The notes beneath the pieces were generated by a model. It was given only the letters and a program-made list of their open reading frames with translations, did no database searches and was not told the origin of the DNA. DNA of 64,000 nt from Candidatus Versatilivorator sp. (GTDB lineage: Bacteria > Acidobacteriota > Terriglobia > Versatilivoradales > Versatilivoraceae), in contig OZ242296.1 in assembly GCA_965207735.1 (NCBI GenBank), positions 2,528,001 to 2,592,000 of the forward strand, in the 5' to 3' direction. The translations under genes and the position numbers were made by a program. Within the stretch, counting starts at the first letter, position 1, and every line of letters begins with the position of its first letter. Of this stretch, positions 29,221 through 38,957 are shown one piece after another.

Positions 29221-30750
29221 TTAGGGAACGGGTTCTTCACGGCTCCCGGCGGTCTCATCGGGAAGCGCCGCACGATCCACAAACCGCAGCAGTCTGGCCA
29301 TCACGAAACAGAGAGCCAAAAATATAGCCAGCACCAGGTAGCCCCGAAACTGATCGTAGTCCCAAAGGGCCTTGAGTCCGAAGCTGGTCAGGGCTATGGC
29401 GGAGGCGATGTTGAGGCCCACCAGCCAGCTTCCCATTCGCAAGGGCAGAGGCAGAAAGCGCCGGTCCACCCACAGATTGGCCAGGGCATAGAAGCCGCAG
29501 GAGAGCACGCCGGTGTAGATGCCGGCCGGCGTCACGATATCCAACAGGCGAACCTCGGGATAGAACCGGCTCCACCAAAGTATCAGCACGCCGCCCCCCA
29601 GGGCCCAGAGGATCCAGCCGGTTCTCAGACCCCGCAGCGGCAGTCTGTTCCGGAAGCGTGGCATGGACTTCAAGTATTCGAACAGGACCCGATAGGTGAG
29701 TTCCGGCCCCCCGTACAGGATCCCAAAGAAAGCCAGGAAAACGGCCAGATGATAGAGGGGCAGCAGCCAGGGATGGAGGGTGGTGAGGAAGGCCGCCTGG
29801 TAGGTCAACATCCGGAGGCCTTCCGGCACCTGCTGGTCCGGTTGCAAAATGATCGTCCCGAGAATGGCGAAACAGGCCCCGATAAAAACGACCATGAAGA
29901 AGCTGGCGCTGGTATCGACCAGAGCCGCCCTGAGCCACAGCCGCGCCGGGTGATCCTTGCGTGCCGCTATCCCTTCCAGTTGCTCCGGCGTTGCCGTCTT
30001 GAGATGACTCCGGCCCCACTTCTTCTCCCGCAGGAACGAAAGATATCCCAGATAGTCGTAACTCTGCCCGCCGATGGCGGAGGAATAGACCACCACCTCC
30101 ACCCAGACCGAGCGATCTTTCATCTGAGGCATCAATGAGTACAACCAATCGGGGTAGCTGAGAGTTTGGGGAAAGAACCCTTGAAGCACCTGCCACCACG
30201 GAGGAGCCACGTAGAACACGGCGATAACGATACAAAACACCATCAGTCCCAGAATGATCGTTTGGGCCTTCTCCAGAAATTCATAGCCGCCGAGCGACAA
30301 GAGGGCCATGGCCCCCAAAACCGAGAGGGTTGCCCACAGGTACTGGTCCCCGACGCCGGCGATGGCAGCGCAGATCTGCCCCGTCAGTCCGGTCAGAAAC
30401 GAAAACCAAAGCGGCGTGGCCAAGACGACGATCACTATCAGAAATAGAGGGAACCAGCCGCTGGGCCCGGGGATCTTTCGCCATCGCTCCAAGGGATGCC
30501 CCCCGCTCAGAATCATGTGGCGAATGCTGGTGTAGACGAAGATCCATTTCAGGAATGCCACGAACAGGATGACCCACAGGATGCTGAATCCGAAAATGGC
30601 TCCCCCTCGCGAGGGAAACAGGATTTCTCCGCTGCCCACGGTCACCGAAGCCAGGATGGCCCCGGGCCCGAAGAATCGAATCCATTGCAGGGGATTGGTT
30701 GAGATTAGCGCTCGCGGCGGCGCCGGAAGCTGCGGCTCGGTATCGTTCAT
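29221..30750 (-). CDS. Nramp-like / APC superfamily membrane transporter
   Basis: FGPGAILASVTVGSGE..F..R.GA.FG and about 12 TM segments; ATG 30750 overlaps the upstream stop. Confidence 0.8.
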   Translation of the reverse strand: MNDTEPQLPAPPRALISTNPLQWIRFFGPGAILASVTVGSGEILFPSRGGAIFGFSILWVILFVAFLKWIFVYTSIRHMILSGGHPLERWRKIPGPSGWFPLFLIVIVVLATPLWFSFLTGLTGQICAAIAGVGDQYLWATLSVLGAMALLSLGGYEFLEKAQTIILGLMVFCIVIAVFYVAPPWWQVLQGFFPQTLSYPDWLYSLMPQMKDRSVWVEVVVYSSAIGGQSYDYLGYLSFLREKKWGRSHLKTATPEQLEGIAARKDHPARLWLRAALVDTSASFFMVVFIGACFAILGTIILQPDQQVPEGLRMLTYQAAFLTTLHPWLLPLYHLAVFLAFFGILYGGPELTYRVLFEYLKSMPRFRNRLPLRGLRTGWILWALGGGVLILWWSRFYPEVRLLDIVTPAGIYTGVLSCGFYALANLWVDRRFLPLPLRMGSWLVGLNIASAIALTSFGLKALWDYDQFRGYLVLAIFLALCFVMARLLRFVDRAALPDETAGSREEPVP

Positions 30751-31757
30751 TGGAATCGAACCCTGGCCAGGTAGATGCTGGTCTTGCCTTCGTGTGAGGA
30801 GTAGTAGCTGATCCACAGCAGATCGTCATGCCACACCATTCCCGGGTAGCTGGTGTCCCCACCGCCGCTGGGCAGGGTCAACTCCGGTTCGAAGCTTTCC
30901 GGGGTCATCCTGGACAGGACCGTCTTGCCGTTCAGCCGGCTCCCGGCCCACAAGCTCCCGTCCGGAATTCGAACAAAATTGGGTCCGCCGATGTTGTGCT
31001 CTATCTTGCGGAACTGCCATTTCTTGTAGGGTGGTCGGCTCCTGCCCAGGTAGTGCGGCCGAATCAAGGCGATCATCTCACCGTCCGGCATGACCCGCAG
31101 AGTCGTCTCGCTGACTCCCTTGAGCTTGAATTCGGTCAACCAATGCCAATTCAGGCCGTCGCGAGTCCAGTACAGGAAACCGCGGCGGGGATTGGGAGAT
31201 TCACCCATCTTGGAAAGGCTGTAGGCTTTGCCCTCGTGCCAGGTAGCCCTCCACAACCAATGGTCCTCGGCCAGTAGTCTGCGAGTCGGTGTCCAGCGGC
31301 GGCCGTCCTCGGAAAAGGCGACTCGCGGCGCCCGAGTCACGTAGCCCCACTGCTCCTCTTTGCGGGGATCATCGACACACCCGCCGGCCAGCAACATCAA
31401 GCGGCCGTCTTCCATGACCGAAAGCTTGGGATCGCGCAGGTCCACTCCCTTTTCGCTCAGCAGGGCTGCCGATTCCCAACCCTCCCCGTCCCGGGAAACG
31501 ATAATGCGGACCTGTCCGGGCCTGCCCGACTTCCCTTCCGGCATCACCTCCCGGGTCGGCCGGCTTCCGTGGTAGTCGGCTTCACGAAAGGTGCAAAGCC
31601 ATCGATCACCGAAACGAATCAAGTCGGTGAAGCCGTTGTGGGGCGCCCGATCCCAAATTTTTTTCACCGAGACGAGTTCCGGCTCAGCTCCCGTCAAAGG
31701 CAGGCAGGATCCTGCCAGCAGTCCAGCCACCGACATCAGTCTGATTGCGGATTTCAT
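30747..31757 (-). CDS. Secreted sialidase-like (BNR/Asp-box) beta-propeller
   Basis: Signal peptide; HNGFTDL, FRE, SRDGEGW, DLRDPKL, SEDGRRW, TRDGLNW, GDTSYPG, SYYSSHEG. Confidence 0.82.
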   Translation of the reverse strand: MKSAIRLMSVAGLLAGSCLPLTGAEPELVSVKKIWDRAPHNGFTDLIRFGDRWLCTFREADYHGSRPTREVMPEGKSGRPGQVRIIVSRDGEGWESAALLSEKGVDLRDPKLSVMEDGRLMLLAGGCVDDPRKEEQWGYVTRAPRVAFSEDGRRWTPTRRLLAEDHWLWRATWHEGKAYSLSKMGESPNPRRGFLYWTRDGLNWHWLTEFKLKGVSETTLRVMPDGEMIALIRPHYLGRSRPPYKKWQFRKIEHNIGGPNFVRIPDGSLWAGSRLNGKTVLSRMTPESFEPELTLPSGGGDTSYPGMVWHDDLLWISYYSSHEGKTSIYLARVRFQ

Positions 31758-32000
31758 CGTCTTCCCCCGTTGCATGACCCAGCGCAGACCCACCCGCCAG
31801 CTCAGGCATTCTATGTCTGCCGGCAGTGTTCTTTCAATCACTGTATCTGGAAAATCCGAGCCAAGATCATTAGGATGTCTTCAGAGTACTGACGGCCCAC
31901 GGCGACGGTTCGTTTCTGGCGGCGCCGGCGGGAGTAGGAAGCGAGCCACAACAGCCTGGTGGCGAACAGAAACTCCCTGGCCCGCCTTACACGAGAAGCC

Positions 32001-32729
32001 ATGACCAGACTCAGCGTCAACCTGAACAAGTTTGCACTGCTCAGAAACTCTCGAGGCAAAGACCTGCCGAACCTGGTCGCCATGGCCCGGCGCTGCATCG
32101 AGACCGGTGTCGACGGAATCACCGTCCATCCACGACCTGACCAGCGCCACACCAAATACCAGGATGTGCATGATCTGGCAGCCGTAACCGCTGAGCACTC
32201 GGTCGAATTCAATATTGAAGGGAACCCCACCCCCTTTTTCCTGGACATCGTCAAGAAGGCCGAGCCCACCCAGTGCACACTGGTCCCCGATGCTCCCCGG
32301 CAACTGACTTCCGACCACGGATGGGACCTGCTGCTGGAAGGGAACCGACTCAGGCCCATCATCGCGGAACTCCAACAAGCCGGCATCCGTACAAGCATCT
32401 TCCTGGATCCCGACCTGGCTCAAGTGGATCGGGTCCCGGCAACCGGTGCGGATCGCATCGAGCTCTACACCGAGGCTTACGCGGATGCTTTCGGAGGCGA
32501 CGCCCAGGAGGAAGTGCTTCGCAAATACAAAAGCGCCGCGCTCCGTGCCCGGCAACTCGGCTTGGGCGTCAATGCAGGACACGACTTGAACCTCAAGAAC
32601 CTGAGCCTTTTCCTTACCATTCCGGGAATCCTCGAGGTTTCCATCGGCCATGCCATTGCCGTGGATTCCCTTGACTTTGGCCTGGAGAATTGCCTCCACC
32701 GGTATCTCAAAATCGTTCAAGCCACCTGA
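32001..32729 (+). CDS. pdxJ: Pyridoxine 5'-phosphate synthase
   Basis: LSVNLNK.ALLRNSRG, GITVHPRPDQRH, NIEG, TLVPD, IELYT, VNAGHDL, EVSIGHA. Confidence 0.96.
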   Translation: MTRLSVNLNKFALLRNSRGKDLPNLVAMARRCIETGVDGITVHPRPDQRHTKYQDVHDLAAVTAEHSVEFNIEGNPTPFFLDIVKKAEPTQCTLVPDAPRQLTSDHGWDLLLEGNRLRPIIAELQQAGIRTSIFLDPDLAQVDRVPATGADRIELYTEAYADAFGGDAQEEVLRKYKSAALRARQLGLGVNAGHDLNLKNLSLFLTIPGILEVSIGHAIAVDSLDFGLENCLHRYLKIVQAT

Positions 32730-32929
32730 TCAAGGCCGCCAGCTATTCCCCTCTATCGCACTCCAGTTGCCCCTTCCGGACCCGAAGACGGCGCCCTCCC
32801 ACGAGAGGACCCGTGACATGTCGGAAATCTTCTGTTCACATGCTTCGGCGCTAAAGCCCCACGGCTATTGGATCTACACGGTCCGTACCGCCAAAACCCC
32901 CTCCCAGTGGGCTATTCCCTCGATCCGAT

Positions 32930-33124
32930 TGTGGAAAACCCAGTGTTTTCGGGGTTTCCGGCGGAATCCTCTCAAACAGGAATCCGAATTTTGTTATATT
33001 TTATTAAAGCATTTGTTTTCAGTAACTTACACCAATACACCCATTTGTGTGCAGCTTGGTCTTTTTCATTGCTAATCAACAAGTTCCAATCCTCATGCCC
33101 TACTTTTCCACAGGTTTTTCCACA
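32930..33124. other. Candidate replication origin (DnaA boxes, IHF-like site, AT-rich tract)
   Basis: TTWTNCACA matches at 32930-32938 (minus), 33104-33112 and 33116-33124. AT-rich tract ~32987-33030. AATCAACAAGTTC at 33074-33086 resembles WATCAANNNNTTR. Confidence 0.5.
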
Positions 33125-33381
33125 AGAATTGTGAATTGACTGAACTTGCGTTTCCATTGCCACTGTCCCATACCGGCGACAGTGATCGCAACACTTGCCC
33201 TTGCCTCGAGGAAAGTGCCGGCTTGGCACATCCCGGCCAGCCCGCAGTCTATACCCCTTGAGTTCCGTCCAGGAATTCGAGGCAGCGCCGTCATGACCGA
33301 AAACCCGGTAAATCGCGCACCTCAAGAAGGGTAGCGTTCTGGTGGAGGCCGGTGACCAAGTCCGGGAGGGGAAAAGAGATT

Positions 33382-33455
33382 TGGCTGGGAGGCAGGGATT
33401 CGAACCCCGATAGGCAGATCCAGAGTCTGCTGTCCTACCGTTAGACGACCTCCCA
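33382..33455 (-). tRNA. tRNA-Gln (CTG)
   Basis: Minus strand TGGGAGGTCGTCTAACGGTAGGACAGCAGACTCTGGATCTGCCTATCGGGGTTCGAATCCCTGCCTCCCAGCCA folds as a cloverleaf with anticodon CTG, GTTCGAATC T-loop and encoded CCA. Confidence 0.97.
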
Positions 33456-33684
33456 GAAGGTGGGAACTGCCGGCAAGAATTTACATCCGACTCGACCCGC
33501 CGGTTTTAACATCTCCGCAAACGGTTGTCAACGCTCACCAACACGCTCACCAACACGCTTGGGTAGCATGTGAAGTGACCGGTGTCAGCAGCACGGGTTC
33601 GCGACAGTCCATGCAGATTGGAAAGACTTGACCACTGAGCCATAATGGGTCCGGCGCCCGTCCCCAACCTGGAGAGCCTCGCCC

Positions 33685-34284
33685 GTGGAAACCGGAACAC
33701 ACCAAGACGCGCCGGCCAAATCCATCGAGACCGAAGTCAAAATCGAGTTGGCCGACCTCCGGAAGGTGCGTGTTCGAGTCCTTCAACTCGGTTTCCGGAT
33801 CCGAACGCCTCGAGCCTTCGAGGATAACTGGATTTTCGACCTGCCGGACCGGTCCCTGGCTCGGCGCCGCCAACTCCTTCGGGTACGATCCTTCGCCAAC
33901 CGGGCCTGGATCACTCTCAAGACCCCTTCCCGTCGTTCCACCCGCTACAAGATTCGACAGGAACTGGAAACCGAACTCGGCGATGCCCAGGTGGTCCGGC
34001 AGCTATTGAGAAGTCTCGGTTTCGAACCCAGCTTCCGTTACCAGAAGTTTCGCACCGTCCTCGAGCCCTCCAAGCCCTCCAGAAAGAAACTGACGGTGAC
34101 CATCGACGAAACGCCTATCGGCAACTTTCTCGAAATCGAGGGAGCGGCCCGAGACATCCTGGGTTTGTCGGCCAAGCTCGGTTACACGCCCACCGACTTC
34201 ATCCAGGACAGCTATTGGCAGCTCTACCGGAAGCGGCGACCCAGATCTTCCGGAACCTCCATGATCTTCCGGAGGCGAGGTTAG
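33685..34284 (+). CDS. CYTH domain protein (class IV adenylate cyclase-like)
   Basis: IETEVK (ExExK), LLRVR, R.ELET, YQKFR, DETPIGNFLEIEG, SYWQLY. Confidence 0.9.
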   Translation: METGTHQDAPAKSIETEVKIELADLRKVRVRVLQLGFRIRTPRAFEDNWIFDLPDRSLARRRQLLRVRSFANRAWITLKTPSRRSTRYKIRQELETELGDAQVVRQLLRSLGFEPSFRYQKFRTVLEPSKPSRKKLTVTIDETPIGNFLEIEGAARDILGLSAKLGYTPTDFIQDSYWQLYRKRRPRSSGTSMIFRRRG

Positions 34285-34409
34285 CCCACATTTCTTTCTG
34301 CCGGGGGAGAGGATTTCTTGAATGATCATTCCCCGAGCGCCGACCCGGGGTTCCAGCACGCCGCGAAGGCGGCGGTAGCAGGTAGGCGATCCCCGGTGAC
34401 GAGGGCGGT

Positions 34410-35078
34410 TTACCGCCGGGGCTCCCGGTAGAATCGAAGAACCCGGCGGACGTACTCGCGGGTTTCAGCGAAGGGTGGGATTCCCCGATAGTTCCGTACG
34501 GCTGAAGGGCCGGCATTGTATGCCGCCAGCACCAGCACGAGGTCCCGGTTGAACTCACCCATCAGGTGCTTCAAATACCTCACCCCTGCTTCGACGTTCT
34601 CCTCGGCATCGAAAACGTCCTCGACGCTATAGGCCGAAGCGGTTGCCGGCATGAGCTGCATCAGCCCACTGGCGCCCTTGTCGGACACCGCCATAGGATC
34701 GAAATTGGATTCCGCGCGAATGATCGATCGCACCAGTTTTTCGTCCAGGCCGTGCCTGCGGGAGACTCGCCGGATAACCCAATCGAGGTCCCCGCGAGAG
34801 AGCGGTGTCGGGGGGCTCGGTCCGACCGGCACTGCCTGCGCCTCGGAAGGCGGCGGTTCCCGGTGGAGCGGGACGACACGTTCGATCCAATTGGCGGGCA
34901 CCTCCAGCCGGCCTTGGCCGGGGAGAAACAGGATGGCCCTGTCCGCTCCCATCCGGTGGCTTTCGATAGTCATCGCGCGACCATTCCTGAAGTAGACCAG
35001 CTCTGCGGCGGACAGGCTGGCCGCAGATCCACACAGCATCAGCGCCAGACCGATCTTGGGTATCCAGGACGATCCCAT
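34410..35078 (-). CDS. Lytic transglycosylase (SLT domain), secreted
   Basis: IRAESNFDP.AVS.KGA.GLMQLMP, LAAYNAGP, ETREYV; start ATG 35078. Confidence 0.92.
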   Translation of the reverse strand: MGSSWIPKIGLALMLCGSAASLSAAELVYFRNGRAMTIESHRMGADRAILFLPGQGRLEVPANWIERVVPLHREPPPSEAQAVPVGPSPPTPLSRGDLDWVIRRVSRRHGLDEKLVRSIIRAESNFDPMAVSDKGASGLMQLMPATASAYSVEDVFDAEENVEAGVRYLKHLMGEFNRDLVLVLAAYNAGPSAVRNYRGIPPFAETREYVRRVLRFYREPRR

Positions 35079-35101
35079 GGAAGACTCCTGTGAGGGAATG
35101 G

Positions 35102-35935
35102 CTAGAGAACGAACCGGTGAATGGCCCGGGCGACACCCAGATCGTTGTTGGATGCCGTCTCGTAGAATCCCCTGTCCTTGAGCGCCGCCACGCCGTTGGC
35201 CATCACCACGCCCAACCCGGCGTATTCCAGCATTTCCAGATCGCTGTGATTGTCTCCAATGGCCATGATTTCCGTGGACCGAATGCCGCGAGAGCGCGCC
35301 AAATGGTCCAGAGCAGAGCGCTTGGAACAATCCTTGTTCAACACATCGATGATTCCCAGGTCCTTTTCCCGGTAGTATGTCCTGGCGATTCTGACCTGCT
35401 TCTCGAAACCCGACTGCTTGAGGCGGCCTTCCACAGCCTCCATCAAGTCGAGCGGACCGCTGAACATGATCTCGATCAAGTCATCGTCAATCTCGCTCTG
35501 CAGTGACTCCACCTGGATCGTCACCCCTGGCACCTTGTTCAGATAGTGGTGCAGTTGCCCGTTCGTCCGGGGTTGGGAACACACCACCAGCTGCCCCGCG
35601 GCAGGCCGGTCCTTATGCAAGACCGTGCAATGGGTGTAGCCGGCGGTGGCGGACAGTATGGCGGTCGCTACCTCGGGCGCCAGAAACCACCGGGCCAGGC
35701 GCCGCGACTGAACCGGGCACACGATCATGGCTCCATTGTTGACGATGAGCGGCGAAGACAATTCCAGCGCTTCGGCGACCCAGACGGCAGCGCCGAAGCG
35801 ACGGCCGGTCGCCAGAATCACTTCGACTCCGCGTTTCCGGGCCTGGCGGATCGCTGCAACATTTTCCGCCGGCACTCGACTGGAACTATCCAGAATGGTT
35901 CCATCGATGTCAGCAGCGATCCACTTGAGCGGCAT
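35102..35935 (-). CDS. Cof-type HAD-IIB hydrolase
   Basis: DIDGT, ATGR, SK, AIGDNHSDLEM...GLGVVMAN; start ATG 35935. Confidence 0.92.
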   Translation of the reverse strand: MPLKWIAADIDGTILDSSSRVPAENVAAIRQARKRGVEVILATGRRFGAAVWVAEALELSSPLIVNNGAMIVCPVQSRRLARWFLAPEVATAILSATAGYTHCTVLHKDRPAAGQLVVCSQPRTNGQLHHYLNKVPGVTIQVESLQSEIDDDLIEIMFSGPLDLMEAVEGRLKQSGFEKQVRIARTYYREKDLGIIDVLNKDCSKRSALDHLARSRGIRSTEIMAIGDNHSDLEMLEYAGLGVVMANGVAALKDRGFYETASNNDLGVARAIHRFVL

Positions 35936-36173
35936 TGGGTCTCCGCGCCTGTCGAAAGACCCGAAATCATACCACGAGGAACCCGAGGCGGACTGCAAGG
36001 CGGGGAATCGTAGAAAACTCTTGGGCCTATAGACCGCTCCGGCAGCCAAAATGCTCCCCCTGAAAAGAGCTTGCCCCGAAAAAATGAAAACACTAAGATA
36101 CCCAACCGCCCGAATCCCCCGTGGAAGCCCTACCGTTGCTGGAACTCCCTTGCGGGATTCCAGCCTTTCCAGA

Positions 36174-38657
36174 ATGCCGAGGAATCAATTAGCGCTCGCC
36201 CTCCTGCTGGCCGCCGGCCTTGCGGTCTCATCATTCTCCCTCAGGTTGGTGGCCGGTTCGCGGGGCGCCCCGCCCCAATGGGCCAAGATCGACGGCGTCG
36301 TGCGGCAGGCCATCGACCATGGCCGGATTCCCGGTGCGGTGGTTCTCGTGGGACAAGCCGACAGGATCCTATTCGAAAAGGCCTATGGCCATCGCTGCCT
36401 GGAACCGCGGCTGGAACCGATGACCCTGGGAACCCAATTCGACCTGGCCTCCCTGACCAAGGTGGTGGCCACCACCCCGGCCGTCCTGAGACTGGTTCAA
36501 GAGGGAAAGGTGAGGTTGGACGATCCGGTATCCAAACATCTGCCGGACTTCGGCCGGCGCGGGAAAGAGACCGTTACCGTCCGGCAGCTGCTGACCCACT
36601 ACTCCGGATTGGCGCCCTTTTTCCGTCTCGAGGCCAAGACGCCGGGCGCTGTCTCAGCCGTCATCGACAAGATCCACCATTCCGATTTAGCCGCCAAACC
36701 GGGAACCCGATTCGTCTACAGCGATCTGGGATTCATTCTCTTGGGCAAGTTGATAGAGGTTCTCAGCGGAGACCCCCTGGACCGGTTCGTCCGCTCCCGG
36801 TTCTTCTCCCCGCTCAAGATGGCCGGCACGCGATTCAATCCTCCCCCCGGCGACCGCCATAATGTCGCTCCCACCGAAAAAGGAGATGACGGGATTTGGC
36901 TGCGAGGTCAGGTCCATGACCCCCTGGCATCCATCATGGGAGGGGTTGCCGGACATGCCGGCCTCTTCTCCAACGCCCGCGACCTCTCCCGCTATTGCCG
37001 GATGCTGCTGAACCAAGGATCGCTGGAGGGCGCCACCGTGCTGCATCCCGGAATGGTCCGGAAAATGGCCTCCCCGCAGTCTCCCCCGGGCAAATCGGAC
37101 ATTCGAGGATTGGGGTGGGATATTCAGTCCCGTTACTCGTCGGCCAAGGGTGCCTACTTCTCGGCGCATTCTTTCGGGCACACCGGCTTTACCGGAACTT
37201 CCCTTTGGCTGGATCCCGAAATTCAGGCCTATCTCATTGTTCTGACCAGCCGTCTCCACCCTGACGGCAAGGGCGACGTCCGAGCCCTGCGCAAAGAGAT
37301 TGCGACCATCGTCGGCGAGGCGCTTTCCCCTGCAGCGGGTCACGAGGCTGCACAAGCCAAGCCCATCCTGATTCAACCCCAAATTCAATTTCAGCGGATG
37401 GACGGGTTCGGTGTCAGCGGGTCCAACGGCTCCGCCAGCGAAATCGACGATCTCCCTTCGGCACAACGTCAAAAACTCTTCGACCTGCTCTTCAGCGCCA
37501 AGGAGGCAGGCCTGAACATCCTCAGAAACGAAATCGGGTGGACCGGACAACCAATCGCCATCACCGCCCGCTTGAGACTTACAGGCCTCACCTTTTCGTT
37601 CGGAGGAGACGAACGGGAGAAGTCCCAATTCTCGCTGCTTCGCCAGGCAGGGAAACGTCAGGAAATCCTGTTGAGCAGTTGCGTCTGGACTCCCCCGCCC
37701 CTTTGGAAGAGCAATCGGGCAGTGGACGGTTCGGGGTCGCTCCTGGCTCAACACTACAAGGACCTGGCCGGATACCTGGCGGGGTACATCGAGTACTATG
37801 AGAAACTGCGTGGCCAACCCGTCCACCTGGTGAGCTTGCAGAACCGCCCCGACAGCAGGGACGCTCCCTTTGGCTGCCGGTATGGGCCGGACGAACTGAA
37901 GACTCTGGTCAAGATCGTGGCAGAGAGGTTCCGGCAGAAAAAAATCCGGACCCGACTGATGGTTCCGGAGTCCGGCTGGATGGAGGCGCTACCCTTCCTT
38001 GCAGCCCTGTTGGAGGATCGAAAGGTTCGGCCTTTGCTCTCCCATGCCGGAGTGCAATCCTCAGCGGGGCCAAGCCAAGGTGCCGATGCCGTCGACCAGC
38101 TCGTACGACGACATAATCTCAAACTGTGGCAGACTCAATTCGCAACTCCGGCCGGCAACGGGGATGAAATGGATGAGGCCCTGGACCTGGCCCAAACCGT
38201 CATTGGCGACCTCTTGCGGGGGTGTCGCGCCTGGCTCTACGGCACCCTTTTCGCCACAGATGCCCAGCCGGGTCGTCTGGGCCTGCTCGAACGCACCAGG
38301 ACCGGATACCGCGTTCCCAAGCGTTTCCGGGCCCTGACCCAATTCAGCCGGTTTATCCCCAGGGGCGCCGTCCGGGTGTTCACAAGCGGAGGCGACACGC
38401 CGGTGGTGGCTTTCCGGAACTTGGCTGACCGTCAGTTGGTTGTGGTTCTGGTGAATCCCGAAGAGGAAGCGGTCGACCAGGCAATCGAGTTCCGCGGATT
38501 CAGGCTGGAAGGTATCGAAGTCTTCAGAACTTCAGCGAACGAGAACAACCGGGCTGTCGAACTGGCTCCGGAAGCCGGATCCAAACAGCGCCTTACCCTT
38601 GCTCCCAAGAGTATCAATACCTTGCGGGCCTCGCTAAAACGGGTGTCCTCCGACTAG
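36174..38657 (+). CDS. Serine hydrolase (beta-lactamase-like) fused to a GH30-like domain
   Basis: Signal peptide; FDLASLTK (SxxK), LLTHYSG, YSD, GHAGLFS, GHTGFTG. C-terminal half has FQRMDGFG, GLNILR, WTPP..WKSN, QFSRFI..GAVR. Confidence 0.85.
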   Translation: MPRNQLALALLLAAGLAVSSFSLRLVAGSRGAPPQWAKIDGVVRQAIDHGRIPGAVVLVGQADRILFEKAYGHRCLEPRLEPMTLGTQFDLASLTKVVATTPAVLRLVQEGKVRLDDPVSKHLPDFGRRGKETVTVRQLLTHYSGLAPFFRLEAKTPGAVSAVIDKIHHSDLAAKPGTRFVYSDLGFILLGKLIEVLSGDPLDRFVRSRFFSPLKMAGTRFNPPPGDRHNVAPTEKGDDGIWLRGQVHDPLASIMGGVAGHAGLFSNARDLSRYCRMLLNQGSLEGATVLHPGMVRKMASPQSPPGKSDIRGLGWDIQSRYSSAKGAYFSAHSFGHTGFTGTSLWLDPEIQAYLIVLTSRLHPDGKGDVRALRKEIATIVGEALSPAAGHEAAQAKPILIQPQIQFQRMDGFGVSGSNGSASEIDDLPSAQRQKLFDLLFSAKEAGLNILRNEIGWTGQPIAITARLRLTGLTFSFGGDEREKSQFSLLRQAGKRQEILLSSCVWTPPPLWKSNRAVDGSGSLLAQHYKDLAGYLAGYIEYYEKLRGQPVHLVSLQNRPDSRDAPFGCRYGPDELKTLVKIVAERFRQKKIRTRLMVPESGWMEALPFLAALLEDRKVRPLLSHAGVQSSAGPSQGADAVDQLVRRHNLKLWQTQFATPAGNGDEMDEALDLAQTVIGDLLRGCRAWLYGTLFATDAQPGRLGLLERTRTGYRVPKRFRALTQFSRFIPRGAVRVFTSGGDTPVVAFRNLADRQLVVVLVNPEEEAVDQAIEFRGFRLEGIEVFRTSANENNRAVELAPEAGSKQRLTLAPKSINTLRASLKRVSSD

Positions 38658-38923
38658 TCCCGATGAACGCCTCGCTCCCGCCCGGCCGTGTGGATCATAC
38701 GAGCGTGAAACAACGAATCTTCATGGCTTGTCGGGAACGAGTACCCTGTCGTGCCAAGCCGGTTTTCTACTCATTGAACATGGATGCACAGGATGGACAG
38801 GATTATTAAACCGAAGTTCCTCCCATTTTACACCCAAAAAATCGCCTTAAGCCATTTGTTTTCTTGGGGAAGAGGATTGAGGCGTGTGGAGTGTTGTTCC
38901 CATGTATATGATTAGCATTTATC

Positions 38924-38957
38924 TTGACATGATAGTTGTATGTGATATCGTAGTCCC
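38924..38957 (+). promoter_or_regulatory. Sigma70-type promoter of the transposase, probably leaderless
   Basis: TTGACA-16-TATCGT, then 6 nt to ATG 38958 with no SD; repeated in copy 2. Confidence 0.55.

Noticed and set aside
33382-33455. tRNA-Gln as an integration site of an island
   Set aside because: No integrase, and I saw no duplicated tRNA 3' end in the window.
33531-33559. 12-bp tandem repeat ACGCTCACCAAC upstream of the tRNA
   Set aside because: Only about 2.4 copies and no other occurrence; consistent with simple slippage.
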